Assembly: GCA_016184305.1 (NCBI GenBank)
Contig: JACPCX010000152.1
Coordinates: 1 to 27,207, forward strand
DNA: 27,207 bases
DNA from: Candidatus Rokuibacteriota bacterium
GTDB taxonomy: Bacteria > Methylomirabilota > Methylomirabilia > Rokubacteriales > CSP1-6
Direction of reading: 5' to 3'
The notes below the pieces were generated by a model. That model searched no databases. It was not told the DNA's origin and saw nothing but the letters and a program-made list of their open reading frames with translations. Positions 23,871 to 27,207 of the stretch are shown here, piece after piece. Position 1 is the first letter of the stretch. The number at the start of each line of letters is the position of its first letter. Both the position numbers and the translations under genes were made by a program.

Positions 23871-24337
23871 CGAAGCGCGGAGCGAGCCTTCTTGATCACC
23901 TTCTCGGCAGCAATCCCGACGGCCTCTCCGGACTTGAGCTGGCCCAGGCGACGCTCCGCCTCCTCAAGCCAGAGTTGCTCAGCATCCGCATCTGCTTCCT
24001 GATCGAGGCTGGAGAGGAGGCGTTGCGCGAGGCGGGCGCGGTCCCGGCGCGAGAGCTTCAGGGCCTTCGATTCGAGTCCGCGCGCCGGCTCGCGGCGCGT
24101 CCGTGTTGAGCGGGTAGTCGGGCGAGCGGAGGACTTGCGATCGCGAAGCAGCCCTCGCAGCGCCTTGTTGACGGCACGATCATTTGGAAACGCCTTGGCG
24201 ACCTTCGGATCGAGGACGACCACATTCGTGGCTTCAATGACCCGGTGTGCGTACTTGCCGCGAACCAACGTCCCAAAGTCGGAACGCTTGTACTCGGACC
24301 GCAGATCCTCAGTCGCTCTTCGGCTAGCCTTGTTCAT
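23867..24337 (-). CDS. In-frame fusion, as sequenced, of a BrnA-like antitoxin and an addiction-module antitoxin lacking its own start
   Basis: ATG 24337 behind GGAGG. The N-part is DLRSEY..SDF...RGKYA...VVLDPKVAKAFPNDRAVNKALR. The linker PTTRSTRTRR is read through half an attC. The C-part is ALKLSRRDRARLAQRLLSSLD...WLEEAERR....SGEAVGI, typical of antitoxins preceding ParE/RelE. Confidence 0.75.
   Translation of the reverse strand: MNKASRRATEDLRSEYKRSDFGTLVRGKYAHRVIEATNVVVLDPKVAKAFPNDRAVNKALRGLLRDRKSSARPTTRSTRTRREPARGLESKALKLSRRDRARLAQRLLSSLDQEADADAEQLWLEEAERRLGQLKSGEAVGIAAEKVIKKARSALR
24080..24123 (-). other. Truncated attC site (left half only)
   Basis: Minus strand GCCCGAC-TACCC-GCTCAACA-CGGAC-GCGCCGCGAGCCGGCGCGC gives R'', a 5-nt spacer, an L''-like box and the central hairpin, then jumps abruptly into coding sequence. 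L' and R' are missing. Confidence 0.6.
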
Positions 24338-24596
24338 AGATCCTCCTTTCACTTGGTGTCGCTGGCCGTGCCCTGATGATCCTGATTGTATCGTCACCTT
24401 TGGTGTGAGCGATGGCCAGAAGGCCGCCGCGGGTCGAGATGCCGAAGGTGACGAACCGCTCTTCGTCGACTGAATGGTCAGGGTCTGCGCCAGTTGCCGA
24501 CAGGACGTCGCGGAACACCGTTGCCGCTTCTTCGAACGAGACGCCATGTCTGGCAAGATTCTCCGCCGCCTTGCCGGGATCCCATTCGAAGCGCAA
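24324..24596 (-). CDS. BrnT family ribonuclease toxin
   Basis: MRFEWDPGKAAENLARHGVSFEEA..VF, DPDHS..EERF..G and IRIIRARPAT..ERRIYE. TTG start with GGAGG 5 nt upstream; overlaps the antitoxin start. Confidence 0.92.
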   Translation of the reverse strand: MRFEWDPGKAAENLARHGVSFEEAATVFRDVLSATGADPDHSVDEERFVTFGISTRGGLLAIAHTKGDDTIRIIRARPATPSERRIYEQG

Positions 24597-24621
24597 TCAC
24601 GCCTCCCTCCCTTGATCCGCC

Positions 24622-24706
24622 GCCCAACGGGGGCGGCGGATGAGCGGCGGGCGGCCCTGCGAGCAGGTTCGCAGGGCCGCCCGTCCGCTCCAGCCGCATG
24701 TTAGCT
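24622..24706 (-). other. Integron attC recombination site (85 bp)
   Basis: Minus strand AGCTAAC-ATGCG-GCTGGAGC-GGAC-GGGCGGCCCTGCGA-ACCTGC-TCGCAGGGCCGCCC-GCC-GCTCATC-CGCCGCCCCC-GTTGGGC. It shows R''/L''/L'/R' architecture, a 14-bp perfect core stem, expected unpaired bases, and the upstream gene's TAA inside R''. Confidence 0.82.
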
Positions 24707-25645
24707 GGCTCCTCGTCGGCGTCCGTCATGCGCTGCCCCCTCGACTCTGATCGCGGGTTCGGGTCGGTCAAAGGCCGGAGGCTCGCCCGCGTACTGCCGC
24801 CATCGCTCCTCGTACTGTGCACGGTCGAGAAGCTGGATGTCATCGGTGTCTCCATGATCCCCTTCGTCCAGTCCCACTCCGAAGATCACGCCGCCGAGGT
24901 CGGTCAAGATGTAGCGGTTGTGCAGGCGCTCCCCGCCCGGGCGCTGGCGCAACCGGACCATCTCCACGCGCAGGCCGATCGGGATGCAGACGGGAAGTCG
25001 CTGACGGCATTCATCGCAGAAGAACGCCGTTGTCGACCCGCCATCCGCTGAGGACTGCACTTCGAGCCGCCGCGGTGCCTCGCCCGGTCGCGCGTCAACA
25101 ACCGAGCGAAGAAACCGCTCCAAGGGCCGGCGGTGGCGGCCGTTCTCGGGACCGAAGTGCGGATCCACGAACACCAGGACGTCGGCGATGCGGAGCATGC
25201 TCGCGACGGCCGCGGCCATGTCCATCGCCGTCCGGGGAACCGTACAGCCGCGGGGAACCCCCCAGAGCGGCGTCGCGTCGTCGATCTCGTCAGCGACCAG
25301 CACCATTGTGAGCCCGCGCGGGTTGCTCCTGGCCAGAATCGCGTGGAACGGGACGCGCGCGTGCTCGTCTTCGGCGTTGTGGAGCCAGGCAGCGCTCGGA
25401 TCCCAGCGGCCGTCCCGGCGCTTCACCATGGTCTCTCTCAGGCGCTCGAGCAGCTCCGTCATTCGCGCACGCTCAACGTCGTTGCCGCTCGTGAACGCCT
25501 CCCAGACGAGCCTCTTCCAGCGTTTGGGATACCGCGACACGATGCGAGGCTGCCCGAGGCCGAACTTCTCGATGAAGTAGCGCCCGACGCCACGGTCGAC
25601 CCAGGTGGCGACGAGCTCGGGTTCGAGGGCGTACTCGTGGATCAT
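24701..25645 (-). CDS. Uncharacterised 314-aa protein with C-terminal MIT_C/PLD-like motifs (putative nuclease effector)
   Basis: Starts 3 nt after the ATPase stop. Motifs VFVDPHF and LHNRYILTDLGGVIFGVGLD resemble the DPY...HDRxI..D.G..I.lGrGLD pattern of MIT_C PLD-like domains (recognised by eye). The stop lies in the attC. Confidence 0.7.
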   Translation of the reverse strand: MIHEYALEPELVATWVDRGVGRYFIEKFGLGQPRIVSRYPKRWKRLVWEAFTSGNDVERARMTELLERLRETMVKRRDGRWDPSAAWLHNAEDEHARVPFHAILARSNPRGLTMVLVADEIDDATPLWGVPRGCTVPRTAMDMAAAVASMLRIADVLVFVDPHFGPENGRHRRPLERFLRSVVDARPGEAPRRLEVQSSADGGSTTAFFCDECRQRLPVCIPIGLRVEMVRLRQRPGGERLHNRYILTDLGGVIFGVGLDEGDHGDTDDIQLLDRAQYEERWRQYAGEPPAFDRPEPAIRVEGAAHDGRRRGAS

Positions 25646-25648
25646 CGC

Positions 25649-27207
25649 TCAGAAGAGCTCCCGTGAGCGCTCCGGGAAGAAACCCTCCGGCCAGGGCCGT
25701 TCGAACTCGCCGTCTGCGGTCACCGGGATGTGGATCACCTCGGCGCCATCGCTGCCCGGTTGCACGTAGAGCACGGACACGTCCTCGGGTCGGGCGGTCG
25801 GGGCTCCCTCCGGAAGCTCGCCGTCGGTCGTCTCCCGGATGCGCCGCAGGATGCGGAGGATCAGGTGTTCGCTGTGCGTTTCAAGCAGGAAGGTGTTCCG
25901 CTGCTCCCCGAGGGCGGAGGCGAGGAACACGTCGCCGAGCTCCGCCTGCAAGGCCGGGTGCAGGTGGATCTCGGGCTGCTCGATGGCCACGAGCTGGTCG
26001 CGGAAGGCGTAGGCCGACACAAGCACGGGCAGCACCTGGCTGACACCGATACCGACGTCGCGATGGCTCACCGGTGTCCCCGTCCGCTTGTCGATCAGCA
26101 CGAGGTCCTGGATCGCCTCCGCGCGCGCCTCGACTAGCTCTTCGGCCCAGCGCTCGGCCAACGCTTCCGAATCGGTGGCCGCGGCGACGAGCGCCTCGAT
26201 CTCGGGAATTGTGTCCTCGACATTCTCATGGTCGAGGTCGGCGACCTGTTCGGCGACCTCGCCGGCCAGGGTCACCAGGCCCGGCTGCTCTTCCCCGTGG
26301 AGCGTGGCGAGCATCGACCCCGCGAGGTCGTGCAGCGCCTTCGCGATCTTCGGCGGCAGCTCGTTCGCCATCGCCACGGCGGGCAGTAGCTCGCGCACCA
26401 CGAGTTCGTACGGCGACTTGAGTCGGGCCGAGTCGCCGAGCCAGTCGTTCACCTGCCGGCGGATCTCCTCGCGCGTGCGGACCACGTCCCAGGCGTAGCC
26501 CCCGCCGGCGAACCAGTTCGGGTCGTGGTGCTGCGCGAAGGAGAGGTGGCGCGGGGGATAGGAGCGCAGCGGCCCGAGGTAGCGCAGGCGGCGCATCTCG
26601 TGTTCAACCGCGGCGCCAACGCCTCCGACCAGATCGCGGAGCGCGCCGGGCAGGAAGAGCCGGGCCGCTCGGGCAAGGTCCTCCTGACGCCTCCCGCGGC
26701 TCACGGGGAGCAAGCCCGCCGGTGCTTGTCGCTCTTGAGCTTCGACCTCCTCCTCGAGCCGGGGCAGGAGGCCGCGGCATCGAGCGGTGATGCGCGGCAC
26801 GAGCTCGTCGAGGATCTCTCCCAGCCCCGCGAAATCGTCCTCGCGCACATCCTCAGTCGTAGTGGCGAATGTCACGATTCCGCGTAGCAGTTCCCGGAAG
26901 GCCGGGTGCTGGTGATCCAGCCGGTCGAGGCGCAAGAGCCCGCCCGGACGCGCGCTCATAGAGAGGAGCGGCACGCCGTCGACTATCAGCCCGAAGCGCT
27001 CCACGCGCACGCCGCCCTCGCGGTCGAGCTCGCGGGCGAAGTCTCCGAAGAGCGTTCGCTGCTCGCTCGCGAATCCGGCGCCGATGGCCAGCTCCACGGT
27101 CACCCCGCGCGCCGAGCGCAGAAGCTCCGCCACCCGCCCGGAGAGGCGCCCCGGGTCGATCTCGAACGCGATCTCGACCTGCCGGCCGCGTTCGCGCCGG
27201 TGGACGT
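25649..27207 (-). CDS. ABC/AAA-type ATPase (AAA_15/AAA_21-like) with a DUF3696-like C-terminus; 5' end beyond the window
   Basis: The frame is open to the window edge. It contains YLGPLRSYP, signature DVGIGVSQVLPVLV, Walker B/D-loop VAIEQPEIHLHPALQ, H-loop LETHSEHL and tail DGEFERPWPEGFFPERSRELF. Walker A is outside the window. Confidence 0.85.
   Translation of the reverse strand, partial: VHRRERGRQVEIAFEIDPGRLSGRVAELLRSARGVTVELAIGAGFASEQRTLFGDFARELDREGGVRVERFGLIVDGVPLLSMSARPGGLLRLDRLDHQHPAFRELLRGIVTFATTTEDVREDDFAGLGEILDELVPRITARCRGLLPRLEEEVEAQERQAPAGLLPVSRGRRQEDLARAARLFLPGALRDLVGGVGAAVEHEMRRLRYLGPLRSYPPRHLSFAQHHDPNWFAGGGYAWDVVRTREEIRRQVNDWLGDSARLKSPYELVVRELLPAVAMANELPPKIAKALHDLAGSMLATLHGEEQPGLVTLAGEVAEQVADLDHENVEDTIPEIEALVAAATDSEALAERWAEELVEARAEAIQDLVLIDKRTGTPVSHRDVGIGVSQVLPVLVSAYAFRDQLVAIEQPEIHLHPALQAELGDVFLASALGEQRNTFLLETHSEHLILRILRRIRETTDGELPEGAPTARPEDVSVLYVQPGSDGAEVIHIPVTADGEFERPWPEGFFPERSRELF

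Noticed and set aside
23867..24556. 229-aa ORF in the track
   Set aside because: The N-terminal extension overlaps brnT out of frame. The credible start is ATG 24337 with a GGAGG RBS.
24622..24706. Rho-independent terminator reading of the hairpin
   Set aside because: There is no U-tract, and the R''/L''/L'/R' boxes and position fit attC better.

Overview
GC-rich bacterial chromosomal window. The gene set and the repeat family suggest Rokubacteria/Methylomirabilota, but this is an impression and not a database result. Left: a minus-strand four-GAF sensor histidine kinase running off the window, divergent from a sigma70 promoter, TPP riboswitch and thiC. Middle: a long minus-strand housekeeping run, rluD-glmU-glmS-pcrA-gatCAB-ftsEX-envC-ctpA-(divergent polysaccharide deacetylase)-tsaD-ntrB-ntrC. 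It carries two inverted copies and one fragment of a ~186-bp hairpin/MITE-like repeat; one copy sits 6 nt upstream of the glmS start. Right (about 23.56 kb to the end): a minus-strand integron-type cassette array with one complete attC, one half-deleted attC and one remnant, and no integrase in the window. It carries a ParE/RelE module, a BrnT/BrnA module and a two-gene cassette encoding an ABC/AAA ATPase with a DUF3696-like tail plus a protein with MIT_C/PLD-like motifs. That cassette is the best candidate for an undescribed anti-phage system. At least five short deletions (two in gatA, two in the kinase, one in an attC) suggest local assembly errors, so the frameshifts and the fusion need read-level checking.
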